NCBI GenBank assembly: GCA_902563105.1
Contig: CACEVU010000005.1
Coordinates: forward strand, 26,557 to 90,556
Reading direction: 5' to 3'
DNA from: an uncultured SAR86 cluster bacterium
GTDB taxonomy: Bacteria; Pseudomonadota; Gammaproteobacteria; Magnimaribacterales; AG-339-G14
Length of the DNA: 64,000 nt
Shown: positions 39,934 to 50,728 of the stretch, one piece after another
Numbering within the stretch: the stretch's first letter is position 1
Layout of the letters: each line of letters begins with the position of its first letter
Translations under genes and position numbers: made by a program
Notes under the pieces: model-generated
What the model was told of the DNA's origin: nothing
Database searches by the model: none
The model's input: only the letters and a program-made list of their open reading frames with translations

Positions 39934-40098
39934 TTAAGTTCCTTCTACCGGATCAATCTGTCCAGGTAAAGCACCTGTTGGCGCGGATCCGCTGGAACTA
40001 GATGATGATGACGATGAAGAAGCAGCAGCTGTTGAGCCCCCACCTCCGCAGGATACTGTACAAATAGTAACTAAAAATATTGTTAGTAAAAGACGCAT
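39934..40098 (-). CDS. Micro-lipoprotein C (54 aa), not in the ORF track
   Basis: Hand translation: MRLLLTIFLVTICTVSCGGGGSTAAASSSSSSSSSSGSAPTGALPGQIDPVEGT; AGGAG RBS. Confidence 0.88.
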   Translation of the reverse strand: MRLLLTIFLVTICTVSCGGGGSTAAASSSSSSSSSSGSAPTGALPGQIDPVEGT

Positions 40099-40294
40099 TA
40101 AACTCTCCTAAGTTAAAAAAAAATATTACTCTTTTTATACATCAAAAGAAAATTTTTTTTGTTTAGAAAAAAAGATCTATTAGATATGCAGCTAAGGCTA
40201 AAAAAACGTTGACAATTAAAATTACTAGAAGAAGCCCTTTTAAATTAAACTTTTTATCTTCTTTATTCATGAGGCATAATTATGAACAATTTTT

Positions 40295-40513
40295 ATGGCA
40301 AAAGAAGATTTAATTGAAATGTCTGGCGAGGTAATTGATACCATGCCGAATACTACCTTCAAGGTAAAACTTGAAAACGATCATGTCATCACAGCTCACA
40401 TTTCTGGGAAAATGAGAAAAAACTACATTCGAATTCTTACTGGAGATAAAGTCAAAGTTGAATTGACTCCCTACGACCTTTCTAAAGGCAGAATCACTTT
40501 TAGAGAAAAATAA
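40295..40513 (+). CDS. infA: Translation initiation factor IF-1
   Basis: MAKEDLIEM...[14 protein letters not shown]. Confidence 0.98.
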   Translation: MAKEDLIEMSGEVIDTMPNTTFKVKLENDHVITAHISGKMRKNYIRILTGDKVKVELTPYDLSKGRITFREK

Positions 40514-42763
40514 TTATTGCGAAGTTAATTCTTTTTCTTCATGAGGAAGAAAAGTTATTTCTAACTTATCTTTTTTAGCAGAAACCCTGGCAATACCACC
40601 TTCTTTGGCAAGCTCGCCAAACAAAATAGATTCCGCAAGCTTTTGCTTAATTTCATCTTGAATCAATCGCTGCATTGGTCTGGCACCCATCTTTTCGTCA
40701 TAACCATGATTAGCTAACCAAGATCTTGCTTTATCATCAACATCCAAGACCACTCTTTTTTCATCAAGTTGAGCTTGTAATTCAGTTAAAAATTTATCAA
40801 CTACGGTTTTAATCACATTAACAGGCAAAGCTCCAAATTGTACAATCGAAGTCAACCTATTTCTAAATTCTGGGCTGAACGTCTTTTTGATTACTTCTGA
40901 ACCATCTGAAGTATTGTCTTGTTTTTGAAAGCCCATCGATTCTCTAGCCATTTCCAAAGCGCCTGAGTTGGTAGTCATTACAATGATAGAATTTCTAAAA
41001 CTCGCCTTCCTACCATTGTTATCGGTCAACATACCATGATCCATGACTTGCAATAATACGTTAAAGACTTCTGGATGCGCTTTTTCAATTTCATCTAACA
41101 AGATTACTGAATGAGGATTTTTAGTAACAGCCTCAGTTAAAAGACCGCCTTGATCATAACCAACATAGCCAGGAGGAGCTCCAATCAATCTAGAAACTGT
41201 ATGTCTTTCCATGTACTCAGACATATCAAACCTTACGAGCTCTACTCCAAGAATTTTAGCCAATTGTCTTGAAACTTCAGTTTTTCCAACCCCAGTAGGA
41301 CCAGAAAACAAGAAAGAGCCAATGGGTTTTTCATCTTCGCCCAAACCAGCCCTAGACATCATGATTGCATTTGATAATTTTGCTACAGCTTCATCTTGGC
41401 CAAAAATTACTCGCCTTAAATCTTCTTCCAGTTTACCTAATGAAACTCTATCTTTAGTAGAAACACTTTTTTCTGGAATTTGTGCCATCAAAGATATCAC
41501 CCTTTCAACGTCTTGTTCGTTGACCGTTTTTCTTTTGATATTGAGGTTAAGTCTTAATCGAGCTCCAGCTTCATCGATGACGTCGATTGCTTTATCAGGA
41601 AGAAATTTGTCATTTATGTGTTTGGCAGAAAGCTCTGCGGCAGCTTTTAGAGAGGCTTTTGAGTACTTTAAGTCATGGTGCTGCTCATATTTTTTCTTTA
41701 AACCTTCAAGAATTTTTATTGTTTCTTGTACAGAAGGCTCGTTCAAATCAACTTTTTGAAATCTTCTTGATAAAGCCCTATCTTGCTCAAAAATTGTTCT
41801 GTATTCTTTGAAAGTTGTTGAACCAATAAATCTTACACCCTCTTTACCGAGGATTGGCTTCAAGAGGTTTGAAGCATCCATTACCCCTCCTGAAGTAGCT
41901 CCTGCTCCAATGATCGTGTGGATTTCATCAATAAATAAAATTGAATTTGGTATATCAGAAAGTTCTTTGAGAATTCCTTTCAGTCTTTTTTCAAAGTCAC
42001 CTCGGTATTTTGTTCCTGCTAAGAGAGAACCCATATCAAGAGAATAAATAACACTCTCATCAAGAGATGGTGCAGCTGTCTTTTCAACAATATTTTTTGC
42101 TAGGCCTTCTATCAATGCAGTTTTACCAACTCCAGATTCACCAACTAGAATAGGATTGTTTTTGGATCTTCTAGCTAGAATTTGCGAAATTCTTTCTATT
42201 TCTTTATCTCTTCCCACCAGAGGATCTATTCTATTAGCCTCTGCTTCTTTATTTAGATTTGAAGCATACTTACCAAGATAGCCAGAATCTTTTTGTGCTT
42301 CAGTCTCTTCTTTTTCACCAAAAGACTCATCTTCAGTAACTCCTTCTCCGTGACTCATATAAGAGACAGCATCCAATCTTGTCATTCCTTGTTTTTTTAA
42401 AAGATAGACGCTATGACTCTCTTTTTCAGAAAACAAGGCAACCAATACATTTGCTCCAGTTACTTCGCCAGTTCCGGAAGATTGAACATGAAAGACTGCT
42501 CTTTGAATGACTCTTTGGAAAGATAACGTCGGTTGAATTTCAACTGCATCGTCTTTTTTTTCAGGACAATTCTTGCTGATAAATTCTTTTAGTTCTGCCT
42601 CAAGAATATCAATGTTTACGTCACAGGCGAGTAAAACATTCAATGCATCCTGATTATTTAAGATGCAAAGCAACAAGTGCTCAGTAGTTACAAACTCATG
42701 TTTGTTTTCGTGGGCAAACTTAAAGGCACTGTTTAAACATTCTTCAAGATTTTTTTCTAACAT
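40514..42763 (-). CDS. clpA: ATP-dependent Clp protease ATP-binding subunit ClpA
   Basis: Two AAA+ domains (GESGVGKT, GPTGVGKT); downstream of clpS. Confidence 0.96.
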   Translation of the reverse strand: MLEKNLEECLNSAFKFAHENKHEFVTTEHLLLCILNNQDALNVLLACDVNIDILEAELKEFISKNCPEKKDDAVEIQPTLSFQRVIQRAVFHVQSSGTGEVTGANVLVALFSEKESHSVYLLKKQGMTRLDAVSYMSHGEGVTEDESFGEKEETEAQKDSGYLGKYASNLNKEAEANRIDPLVGRDKEIERISQILARRSKNNPILVGESGVGKTALIEGLAKNIVEKTAAPSLDESVIYSLDMGSLLAGTKYRGDFEKRLKGILKELSDIPNSILFIDEIHTIIGAGATSGGVMDASNLLKPILGKEGVRFIGSTTFKEYRTIFEQDRALSRRFQKVDLNEPSVQETIKILEGLKKKYEQHHDLKYSKASLKAAAELSAKHINDKFLPDKAIDVIDEAGARLRLNLNIKRKTVNEQDVERVISLMAQIPEKSVSTKDRVSLGKLEEDLRRVIFGQDEAVAKLSNAIMMSRAGLGEDEKPIGSFLFSGPTGVGKTEVSRQLAKILGVELVRFDMSEYMERHTVSRLIGAPPGYVGYDQGGLLTEAVTKNPHSVILLDEIEKAHPEVFNVLLQVMDHGMLTDNNGRKASFRNSIIVMTTNSGALEMARESMGFQKQDNTSDGSEVIKKTFSPEFRNRLTSIVQFGALPVNVIKTVVDKFLTELQAQLDEKRVVLDVDDKARSWLANHGYDEKMGARPMQRLIQDEIKQKLAESILFGELAKEGGIARVSAKKDKLEITFLPHEEKELTSQ

Positions 42764-42766
42764 AGA

Positions 42767-43114
42767 TTAATCCTCATCAATTGGTTCTATATCGCTTACT
42801 AGCGGATGTTCATTTTGTTTAGCAAAATTATTTATTTGATTAGATTTGGTCTCCGCTACCTCTTTAGTATAAATTCCACAAACTCCCTTTCCCTTTGTAT
42901 GAACTGCTAACATTATTTGGGTTGATTTCTCTTTGTCGTAACCAAAAAAAGTTTGAAGGACATAAATAACAAATTCCATAGGCGTAAAATCATCATTAAG
43001 AAGAATGACTCTATACAAAGAAGGTTTTTTTAACTTAGGCTCTTCTAACTCAACTAAAGCAGATGTATTTGAGTCGTAATCTTCGGATTTTTTGTTAAGT
43101 TTAATTAAGTTCAT
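42767..43114 (-). CDS. clpS: ClpS adaptor
   Basis: [20 protein letters not shown]; start ATG 43114. Confidence 0.95.
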   Translation of the reverse strand: MNLIKLNKKSEDYDSNTSALVELEEPKLKKPSLYRVILLNDDFTPMEFVIYVLQTFFGYDKEKSTQIMLAVHTKGKGVCGIYTKEVAETKSNQINNFAKQNEHPLVSDIEPIDED

Positions 43115-43124
43115 TAAAGATTGA

Positions 43125-44384
43125 TTATGACATTCCATTACATATTTGTTCAGCAAACTCTGAACATTTTAGTAATTTTGCTCCTGTCATCAATCTTTCT
43201 AAATCATAAGTTACTAACTTATTCTTTATTGCCCAACTAATACCTTTAATAATATTTTCTGATGCCTCGTGCCAACCTATATGATTGAGCATCATTTCAG
43301 CGGATAAAATCAAAGAAGCTGGATTAACTTTGTCTAAGTTTGCGTACTTAGGAGCTGTACCATGGGTTGCTTCAAATAATGCAACTTTATCTCCGAGATT
43401 TGCTCCTGGCGCAAGCCCTAAACCACCAACTTTTGCAGCTAAAGCATCTGAAATGAAATCACCGTTAAGGTTCATGGTCGCAATCACATCATAATCACCA
43501 GGTCTTATTAAAATTTGCTGAAGGAAGTTATCGGTAATGATGTCTTTTAAAATAATCAATCTTTTCGTAACTGGATTTCTAAAGCTCATCCATTCCCCAC
43601 CATCAAGAGAGGTGGCTCCAAATTCTTTTGCCGCCAAAGAATAACTCCACTCTTTAAATGAACCTTCAGTAAATTTCATAATATTTCCCTTATGAACAAT
43701 CGTCACTGAAGACCGGTCATTATCGATGGCATATTGAATAGCTTTTCTAACGTGTCTTTCAGTTCCCTCTTTAGAAATGGGTTTAATACCAATTCCACAG
43801 GCATCTTCAAATCTAATATTTTTGACATTCATTTCTTGTGTTAAAAATTCGATAAGCTTTGTTGCTTCGTCTGAGTTTGCTTCGAATTCAATTCCAGCAT
43901 AAATATCCTCAGAATTTTCGCGAAAAACTATCATATCTGTAGTTTCAGGAATCACGACAGGGCTTGGCACACCTTCAAAATATCTTATAGGTCTTTGACA
44001 AACGTATAAATCTAAAACCTGTCTCAAACGGACGTTTAAAGATCTAATTCCTCCACCGATAGGAGTGGTTAATGGCCCTTTGATGCCGACAAGATAAGTT
44101 CTTAAGGCATCAATGGTTTCATCGGGAAGCCATTCCCCATCACCGTATACATTAAGGGATTTTTCACCGCAAAATATTTCCATCCACGCAATTTTACGTT
44201 CTCCGTTATATGCAAGATTTACTGCATGATCTACGACCTTAATCATGGCAGATGTTACGTCCGTACCTATACCGTCTCCTTCAATGAATGGAATTATTGG
44301 GTTAGCGGGCACATTCAATTCTCCTGAATCATTTGATGAAATTTGCTCACCGTTTTCTGGAATTTGTATATGTTTATAGGCCAT
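43125..44384 (-). CDS. icd: Isocitrate dehydrogenase (dimeric, NADP type)
   Basis: [35 protein letters not shown]. Confidence 0.96.
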   Translation of the reverse strand: MAYKHIQIPENGEQISSNDSGELNVPANPIIPFIEGDGIGTDVTSAMIKVVDHAVNLAYNGERKIAWMEIFCGEKSLNVYGDGEWLPDETIDALRTYLVGIKGPLTTPIGGGIRSLNVRLRQVLDLYVCQRPIRYFEGVPSPVVIPETTDMIVFRENSEDIYAGIEFEANSDEATKLIEFLTQEMNVKNIRFEDACGIGIKPISKEGTERHVRKAIQYAIDNDRSSVTIVHKGNIMKFTEGSFKEWSYSLAAKEFGATSLDGGEWMSFRNPVTKRLIILKDIITDNFLQQILIRPGDYDVIATMNLNGDFISDALAAKVGGLGLAPGANLGDKVALFEATHGTAPKYANLDKVNPASLILSAEMMLNHIGWHEASENIIKGISWAIKNKLVTYDLERLMTGAKLLKCSEFAEQICNGMS

Positions 44385-44446
44385 AGAAAATATTAAAGTC
44401 CTTTAAAGCGCGGTATCATAGCATTTTTTAGCTATCTATAAAAATT

Positions 44447-45505
44447 ATGAAGGTTTTGTTGGGATTATCTGGTGGCGTTGATTCGTCAGTTGCTGCTTTC
44501 TTGTTAAAACAGGAAGGTTTTGATGTAACTGCAGGATTTATGAGAAATTGGGAAGATGATGATGGTTCTCCTTATTGCAGTATTAAAGAAGATTTTATGG
44601 ATGCTGCTCAAATAGCAGACAAATTGAGTATAGATTTAGTGCAAATGAATTTTGCTAAAGAATACAAAGATAAAGTTTTTAGCTATTTCTTGGATGAACT
44701 CAATAAAGGAAAAACACCCAATCCTGATATTTATTGCAATAAGTTCATAAAATTTAAAGAATTTACCGATTATGCTTTTAAAAATGACTTTGATGCTATA
44801 GCAACAGGTCATTATTCGAAAATTCAAGTTATCGATAAGGAATATTTCTTAGCTAAATCCTACGATCAAGGAAAAGATCAAACCTATTTTTTAAGTCAAA
44901 TTGATAAAAATCTTTTTCCTAAAATTAAATTTCCATTAGGAAACTTACTTAAAAGTGACGTAAGAAAAATTGCCGAAAAAGAAAATTTAATTACTTATGA
45001 CAAAAAGGATAGTACCGGGATTTGTTTTATTGGGGAGCGACCGTTTCCAGAATTTCTTAAAAATTATCTACCTATTGCTCAAGGAGATATTGTCGATGAA
45101 ACTAACAAAAAAATTGGCTCTCACAATGGACTTCATTTTTATACCATAGGACAAAGACAAGGGTTGGGAATTGGAGGCTTAAAGGATAGAGATGAAAAGG
45201 CTTGGTATGTTGCTAAAAAAAATTTTGACGAAAATCAATTGATGGTTGTTCAAGATAATAATCACCCTCTTCTTCTTAAAAAAGAATTATTCGTTAGCAA
45301 GATGAATTGGCTTAAATATCCAAGTTCGAAAAAAGTTTCTGCCAAGATAAGATATCGCCAAAAAGATCAATCTTGTCAGATTGAAATTCAAGAAGATAAG
45401 ATATCTGTTTTATTTGATGAGCCACAGCGAGCTGTAACACCTGGTCAATTTATAGTTTTTTATGAAGACGAAATATGTTTAGGTGGAGGAGAGATAGATA
45501 TATAA
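44447..45505 (+). CDS. mnmA: tRNA 2-thiouridylase
   Basis: SGGVDSS, TPNPDIYCN, KDQTYFL, DSTGICF, TPGQ. Confidence 0.96.
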   Translation: MKVLLGLSGGVDSSVAAFLLKQEGFDVTAGFMRNWEDDDGSPYCSIKEDFMDAAQIADKLSIDLVQMNFAKEYKDKVFSYFLDELNKGKTPNPDIYCNKFIKFKEFTDYAFKNDFDAIATGHYSKIQVIDKEYFLAKSYDQGKDQTYFLSQIDKNLFPKIKFPLGNLLKSDVRKIAEKENLITYDKKDSTGICFIGERPFPEFLKNYLPIAQGDIVDETNKKIGSHNGLHFYTIGQRQGLGIGGLKDRDEKAWYVAKKNFDENQLMVVQDNNHPLLLKKELFVSKMNWLKYPSSKKVSAKIRYRQKDQSCQIEIQEDKISVLFDEPQRAVTPGQFIVFYEDEICLGGGEIDI

Positions 45506-45522
45506 TCCTCTTTTGAAATTTA

Positions 45523-46896
45523 ATGCCTAACGACAGTTTGCTCTCTATAACTCCAATTGATGGGAGATATCAATCTAAAACATCATCTTTAGCCGATTTC
45601 TTTAGTGAATACGCTCTCATAAAAACCAGAGTAGAAGTAGAAATAAAATGGTTGTTATTTTTATCGAAAAATAAATCCATAAAATTTATTCCCGAAATTT
45701 CAGCACTGCAAAATAAAAAGATATTAAAAATCTTTGACGATTTTTCTCTCATTGATGCAAAACAAATTAAAAGAATAGAAAAAATAACCAATCATGATGT
45801 GAAGGCAGTAGAACTTTTCATCGTAAATAAATTAAAAAAATTAAACATAGGAAAGCTTTGTGAATTTGTTCACTTTGGCTGTACTTCAGAAGACATAAAC
45901 AATTTATCTTATGCTCTTATGTTGGATAGATACATCAACCTAAAGTTTTTAATTGATGTTTCTTCTCTGCAAAAAAATCTTACGTCGATAGCAAAAAAAT
46001 GGTCCAAAATATCAATGCTTGCCTTTACGCATGGACAACCAGCCTCTCCAACTACTTTGGGTAAAGAATTTTCGAATTATTCTTCTAGAATCATTTTTCA
46101 TTTGAAAATGATTAAATCCATAAAGCAGAGAGGAAAATTCAATGGAGCTTCAGGAAACTATAATGCTCACTTGATAGCAGATAAAAAAGTCAATTGGGAA
46201 AGACTAAGCAAAAAATTTGTTGAATCATTCAAATTAGAATTTTCATCTCATTCCACCCAAATAGAACTTAAAGATGCCATGGCAGCGCAAATGGCAAATA
46301 TTCATAATTTAAATAATGTCTTAATAGATTATGCCCAAGATATTTGGCTTTTAATCTCAAAAAATTATCTCAAACAAAATTTAAAAGCAGGGGAAGTTGG
46401 TTCTTCAACAATGCCTCATAAAGTTAACCCTATAGATTTTGAAAATGCTGAAGGTAATTTTTCTCTTTCAAATGGTCTTTTGATTGCAATAAAAAATAAG
46501 ATGCAAATCTCAAGACTGCAACGAGATTTATCTGATTCGACTGTTTTAAGAAATATTGGATCGATCTTTGCATACATCAACATTGGTTTGAAATCTCTAG
46601 AAAAGGGAACTTCAAAAATCATACCAAATAAAGAAATTATTCTCGAAGATTTGAATAACAGTTGGGAAATTCTGACCGAAGCCATTCAAACGATTCTTCG
46701 AAAGAACGGTATCAATGATAGTTACAATAAAATAAAATTGTCATCACGAGGAAAAAAGCTTGATTATCATTCCTACATAAAGATAATTGACGACTTGAAA
46801 ATAAATAAAGCAGATAAAGAACTTCTTTATAGCCTTACACCAGCAAAATATATTGGATTGGCAGATAAATTGGCAAAATCTTCTTTAAAATCTTAA
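45523..46896 (+). CDS. purB: Adenylosuccinate lyase
   Basis: TNHDVKAVE, GSSTMPHKVNPIDFEN. Confidence 0.96.
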   Translation: MPNDSLLSITPIDGRYQSKTSSLADFFSEYALIKTRVEVEIKWLLFLSKNKSIKFIPEISALQNKKILKIFDDFSLIDAKQIKRIEKITNHDVKAVELFIVNKLKKLNIGKLCEFVHFGCTSEDINNLSYALMLDRYINLKFLIDVSSLQKNLTSIAKKWSKISMLAFTHGQPASPTTLGKEFSNYSSRIIFHLKMIKSIKQRGKFNGASGNYNAHLIADKKVNWERLSKKFVESFKLEFSSHSTQIELKDAMAAQMANIHNLNNVLIDYAQDIWLLISKNYLKQNLKAGEVGSSTMPHKVNPIDFENAEGNFSLSNGLLIAIKNKMQISRLQRDLSDSTVLRNIGSIFAYINIGLKSLEKGTSKIIPNKEIILEDLNNSWEILTEAIQTILRKNGINDSYNKIKLSSRGKKLDYHSYIKIIDDLKINKADKELLYSLTPAKYIGLADKLAKSSLKS

Positions 46897-46905
46897 GGGG
46901 TAAAA

Positions 46906-48510
46906 ATGTTTGATTATAAAAAAATTGTTAAAGAGTATGAGGATTTAAAAAACTCAAATCCAAATATTTACAAAAATATAGATCCAGTATCTGCAGCAAG
47001 AATGAGATTACAAAATAGATTTCATACAGGTTTGGATATAGCTCAATATACCGCCGACATAATGCATGCAGACATGCAAGATTATGATAACGACACTGGA
47101 ACTTACACTCAATCTCTAGGATGCTGGCACGGTTTCACTGCCCAACAGATGATGATGGAAATTAAAAGATCTCATAAGACTACCTCTAAGCGATACGTTT
47201 ATTTAAGTGGTTGGATGATAGCTGCTCTTAGATCAGAATTTGGTCCCCTACCCGATCAAAGTATGCACGAAAAAACTGCAGTACCTAATTTGATTAAAGA
47301 AATATATACGTTTTTAAAAAGAGCAGATTCCGTTCAATTGCAACATTTGTTTAATGAATTGGATGAAGCAGAACAAGCTGGCGATAAAACTGATGACATC
47401 ATAAACAAAATAAATAATTTTGAAACTCACGTTGTACCAATTATTGCCGATATTGATGCAGGATTTGGTAATGAAGAAGCAACTTACTTGCTAGCAAAAA
47501 AAATGATTCAAGCTGGAGCTTGTGCGATTCAAATTGAAAATCAAGTTTCAGATGAAAAACAATGTGGACACCAAGACGGGAAGGTAACGGTACCTCATGA
47601 AGATTTTCTTTCAAAAGTGAATGCGGTTAGGTATGCCTTCTTAGAGCTCGGTATTAAAAATGGAATTATTGTTGCTAGAACAGATTCTTTAGGCGCAGGT
47701 CTTACACAAAAAGTACCAGTTTCAAAAGAACCTGGTGATCTAGCAGATCAATATAATAGCTTTTTAGAATCTCATGAAATCAATGACTTAACTGAGCTTG
47801 AAGACAATGATGTAACAATTCATCAAGGTGGAAAACTTGTGCAACCCGTCAGGTTACCCAACGGCCTTTATCAGTTTAAAAAAGATACAGGATTTGATCG
47901 AGTAGTTCTTGATTGTATAACTAGTCTTGAAAACGGAGCTGATCTTCTGTGGATAGAGACTGAAAAACCTAATGTCGAACAAATTGCCGAAATGGTTTCA
48001 GCAATCAGAGAAAAACAACCGCAAGCTAAATTGGTTTACAACAACTCTCCTTCATTCAATTGGACTCTTTCTTTCCGAGAACAAGTCTACCAAGAATGGT
48101 CAGAAGCAGGGAAAGATCTATCAGACTATCCTGATCCTGCAAAAGATCCAAAGGGTCTTATGGATGAGAAATTTGATGATTCAGAATTGGCTTTAGAGGC
48201 CGACAAGTATATCCAAAATTTTCAAAAAGATGCCTCTAGGGAAGCAGGAATATTTCACCATTTGATTACTCTTCCTACTTATCATGAAACAGCATTAGGA
48301 ACTTCTGTCTTGTCAGAGGGCTATTTTGGCGATCAGGGAATGTTGGCATATGTTAAAGAAATACAAAGACAAGAAATACGACGTGACATGTCTTCTGTTA
48401 AGCATCAGGATTTAGCAGGTTCAACTGTAGGAGATACCCACAAAGAATATTTTTCTGGAGATAATGCTCTTAAAGCAGGTGGCGAAGACAATACAATGAA
48501 TCAGTTTTAA
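46906..48510 (+). CDS. aceA: Isocitrate lyase (long Pseudomonas-type)
   Basis: KQCGHQDGKV, YNNSPSFNW. Confidence 0.95.
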   Translation: MFDYKKIVKEYEDLKNSNPNIYKNIDPVSAARMRLQNRFHTGLDIAQYTADIMHADMQDYDNDTGTYTQSLGCWHGFTAQQMMMEIKRSHKTTSKRYVYLSGWMIAALRSEFGPLPDQSMHEKTAVPNLIKEIYTFLKRADSVQLQHLFNELDEAEQAGDKTDDIINKINNFETHVVPIIADIDAGFGNEEATYLLAKKMIQAGACAIQIENQVSDEKQCGHQDGKVTVPHEDFLSKVNAVRYAFLELGIKNGIIVARTDSLGAGLTQKVPVSKEPGDLADQYNSFLESHEINDLTELEDNDVTIHQGGKLVQPVRLPNGLYQFKKDTGFDRVVLDCITSLENGADLLWIETEKPNVEQIAEMVSAIREKQPQAKLVYNNSPSFNWTLSFREQVYQEWSEAGKDLSDYPDPAKDPKGLMDEKFDDSELALEADKYIQNFQKDASREAGIFHHLITLPTYHETALGTSVLSEGYFGDQGMLAYVKEIQRQEIRRDMSSVKHQDLAGSTVGDTHKEYFSGDNALKAGGEDNTMNQF

Positions 48511-48665
48511 TCGACTGTTTTACCGCAAACCTGACAAGTGCCACCCTTTTCTAAATAGATCCCTCCACAACTTGGTTGGAGGGGCTTATTTCGAAGTATT
48601 AAGCCCAATGACATCCCTCCTATCGAGAGGATAATTACACCAATAGCCAACAATGCAGTAATCAT
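48507..48665 (-). CDS. nqrM: Na+-NQR maturation factor NqrM (52 aa), not in the ORF track
   Basis: Hand translation: MITALLAIGVIILSIGGMSLGLILRNKPLQPSCGGIYLEKGGTCQVCGKTVD. One TM helix plus SCGG..CxxC, directly downstream of apbE. Confidence 0.85.
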   Translation of the reverse strand: MITALLAIGVIILSIGGMSLGLILRNKPLQPSCGGIYLEKGGTCQVCGKTVD

Positions 48666-48669
48666 TTAG

Positions 48670-49518
48670 TTATTGTAGCAATTCTTTCCACTTTATAGAC
48701 TCAACAGATAAAATTTCATTATTTTTATTCTTAAAAATTATAAATGCTGGAATATCGAATTTATCTAGTTTTTCTTGAATAATGGTCATATCATTAAGAG
48801 CATATAATCCAGTAGCTAATGCATCAGCAGCCCCAGTCGACTCGATGTCAATAACTGAAACAGAAAGTATATTCTCCTCTAATGGTTTAGATTCTAATCC
48901 TACTATGTGACCTGGATTTTTATAATTACCTGATGTTGCGATAGACATATTTTGCTTAGGTTCGATTACCTTAAAAATTTCTTTTTTATTTTCATCAGGA
49001 TATTCGATTCCTATTTTCCAAAACTTATTAATTTTTTGACCTTGTATCCTAATTTCACCACCGATATTAATAAAGAAATTTCTTAGATTTAAATTCAGGA
49101 ATTTATTTGAAATTAAATCTACTGCATAGCCTTTAGCTACTGCATTAAAATAATCAAAATTATCAAAAAGGATAAACCCCTCAGTCATCCTATTAGCAGA
49201 TGTGGAAAGATCTATAACTTTATTGAAAATATTTTTAGACTCATCACTAAAAGTTACAATACTTCTGTTATCTCTTTTTGAAGAAACCAAAGAATTAGTG
49301 AGGTAAGTTGAACAGCAGTCATTCATTACATTTATTGCATCTTTGATTTTAAGTTTTATATCTTCGACCTTATCTTCCGTAGTTATGACCTTAACATCAT
49401 AAAAAGTGCCGAAAGCATCGCCTTTAAAATTGAATACTTTTAGCTCACCTGAACAGGAAACCAAAAATAAGAATAGTAAAAAACTAAAGGAATGTTTTAA
49501 ATCAACTACCAAAGTCAT
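48670..49518 (-). CDS. apbE: FAD:protein FMN transferase ApbE (shortened)
   Basis: Lipobox LVSC, AKGYAVD, NIGGEI, ATSGNY, ADALAT; follows nqrF; start uncertain. Confidence 0.88.
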   Translation of the reverse strand: MTLVVDLKHSFSFLLFLFLVSCSGELKVFNFKGDAFGTFYDVKVITTEDKVEDIKLKIKDAINVMNDCCSTYLTNSLVSSKRDNRSIVTFSDESKNIFNKVIDLSTSANRMTEGFILFDNFDYFNAVAKGYAVDLISNKFLNLNLRNFFINIGGEIRIQGQKINKFWKIGIEYPDENKKEIFKVIEPKQNMSIATSGNYKNPGHIVGLESKPLEENILSVSVIDIESTGAADALATGLYALNDMTIIQEKLDKFDIPAFIIFKNKNNEILSVESIKWKELLQ

Positions 49519-50728
49519 CGAACATGATATTTTCAGGTTCGACACCCAGACTATCAAGCATTTTAAAAGCCGCAGACATCATCATTGGTGGTCCACAAAG
49601 GTAATATTCACAATCTTCTGGAGATTGATGATGTTGGAGATATTCATCGTATAAAACATGACTTATAAATCCTGTTAAGCCGTCCCAATTATCTTCCGGT
49701 AGGGGATCAGATAACGCAACATGCCAAGAAAAATTTTCAAAGTCTTTTGCCAATTTGTCATATTCCTCTTCATAAAACATTTCTTTGAGACTTCTAGCAC
49801 CGTACCAAAAGCTAATTTTTCTAGACGAATTCATTCTTAAAAGTTGATCAAAAATATGAGATCTCATTGGAGCCATACCTGCACCGCCTCCAATAAAGAT
49901 CATCTCAGCTTCAGTTTTTTTAGCTTTAAACTCACCAAAAGGACCGAAAATTGTCAGTTTATCGCCAGCTTTTAGGTTGAATAAATATGAAGAAGCCTCC
50001 CCCGGAGGAACAGACATTCCTGGTGGGGGCGAAGCAATTCTAATGTTGAACTTCATAATCCCTTTTTCTTCAGGATAGTTAGCCATTGAATAGGCCCTAA
50101 TTACTTCTTCTTTTACAGTTGAAACATTATTAAAAACACCAAATTTTTCCCAATCAGGTTTGTATTCATCTTGAATGTAAAAATCTTTATAATCCGCCTT
50201 ATGAGGAGGAATTTCCATTTGCACATAACCACCCGCTTCAAATCCAACGTCTTCTCCTTCAGGCAACTCCAAAACTAATTCTTTAATGAAAGTTGCTACA
50301 TTCTCATTTGATTTTACAGTCGTCTCCCATTTTTGGACTCCGAAGACCTCGTCTGGGATTGTAATTTTCATATCACTTTTAACAGGGACCTGACACGAAA
50401 GACGCCAAAAATCTTTCTTTTCCTTGTTGTTAAAATGACTTTCTTCGGTGGAAAGGATTGATCCACCTCCATCGAAAACTTGGCATTTACATTGTGCACA
50501 AGTACCACCTCCTCCACATGCTGAAGAAAGAAATAGATTGTTGGCCGCTAAGGTTTGGAGGAGTTTACCTCCTGCAGGGACAGTAATTTTTTGATTGGGG
50601 TCATCATTAATCTCTATTGTTACGTCTCCGGTTGAAACTAATTGAGATCGAGCTAATAAAATTATAGCCACCATTACATTTACAATAATAGTGAAAGATA
50701 CAATCCCTAAAATAATTTCAATATCCAT
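49502..50728 (-). CDS. nqrF: Na+-NQR subunit F
   Basis: [29 protein letters not shown]. Confidence 0.97.
   Translation of the reverse strand: MDIEIILGIVSFTIIVNVMVAIILLARSQLVSTGDVTIEINDDPNQKITVPAGGKLLQTLAANNLFLSSACGGGGTCAQCKCQVFDGGGSILSTEESHFNNKEKKDFWRLSCQVPVKSDMKITIPDEVFGVQKWETTVKSNENVATFIKELVLELPEGEDVGFEAGGYVQMEIPPHKADYKDFYIQDEYKPDWEKFGVFNNVSTVKEEVIRAYSMANYPEEKGIMKFNIRIASPPPGMSVPPGEASSYLFNLKAGDKLTIFGPFGEFKAKKTEAEMIFIGGGAGMAPMRSHIFDQLLRMNSSRKISFWYGARSLKEMFYEEEYDKLAKDFENFSWHVALSDPLPEDNWDGLTGFISHVLYDEYLQHHQSPEDCEYYLCGPPMMMSAAFKMLDSLGVEPENIMFDDFGS

Noticed and set aside
33049-40098. Micro-ORFs as RiPP precursors for the nearby ATP-grasp enzyme
   Set aside because: They carry lipoprotein signal peptides and pair with the large genes. 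The ATP-grasp gene is the Anbu-associated cytoplasmic type about 10 kb away.
13700-40200. Prophage or integrative element explaining the accessory region
   Set aside because: No integrase, transposase, phage structural gene, tRNA target or flanking direct repeat was seen.
40209-40214. Perfect TTGACA upstream of infA
   Set aside because: No -10 element at a 16-18 nt spacing.
41211-42047. Plus-strand ORFs inside clpA, and similar short ORFs nested in fabF, mltG, ptrB, icd, purB, nqr, gap, ACAD and mfd
   Set aside because: Antisense or alternate-frame shadows of well-supported genes, with no motifs of their own.
40295-48510. icd and aceA close together as a novel glyoxylate-switch cluster
   Set aside because: Matches the known gammaproteobacterial (Pseudomonas-like) infA-clpA-clpS-icd-mnmA-purB-aceA neighbourhood, minus small genes such as cspD and hflD.
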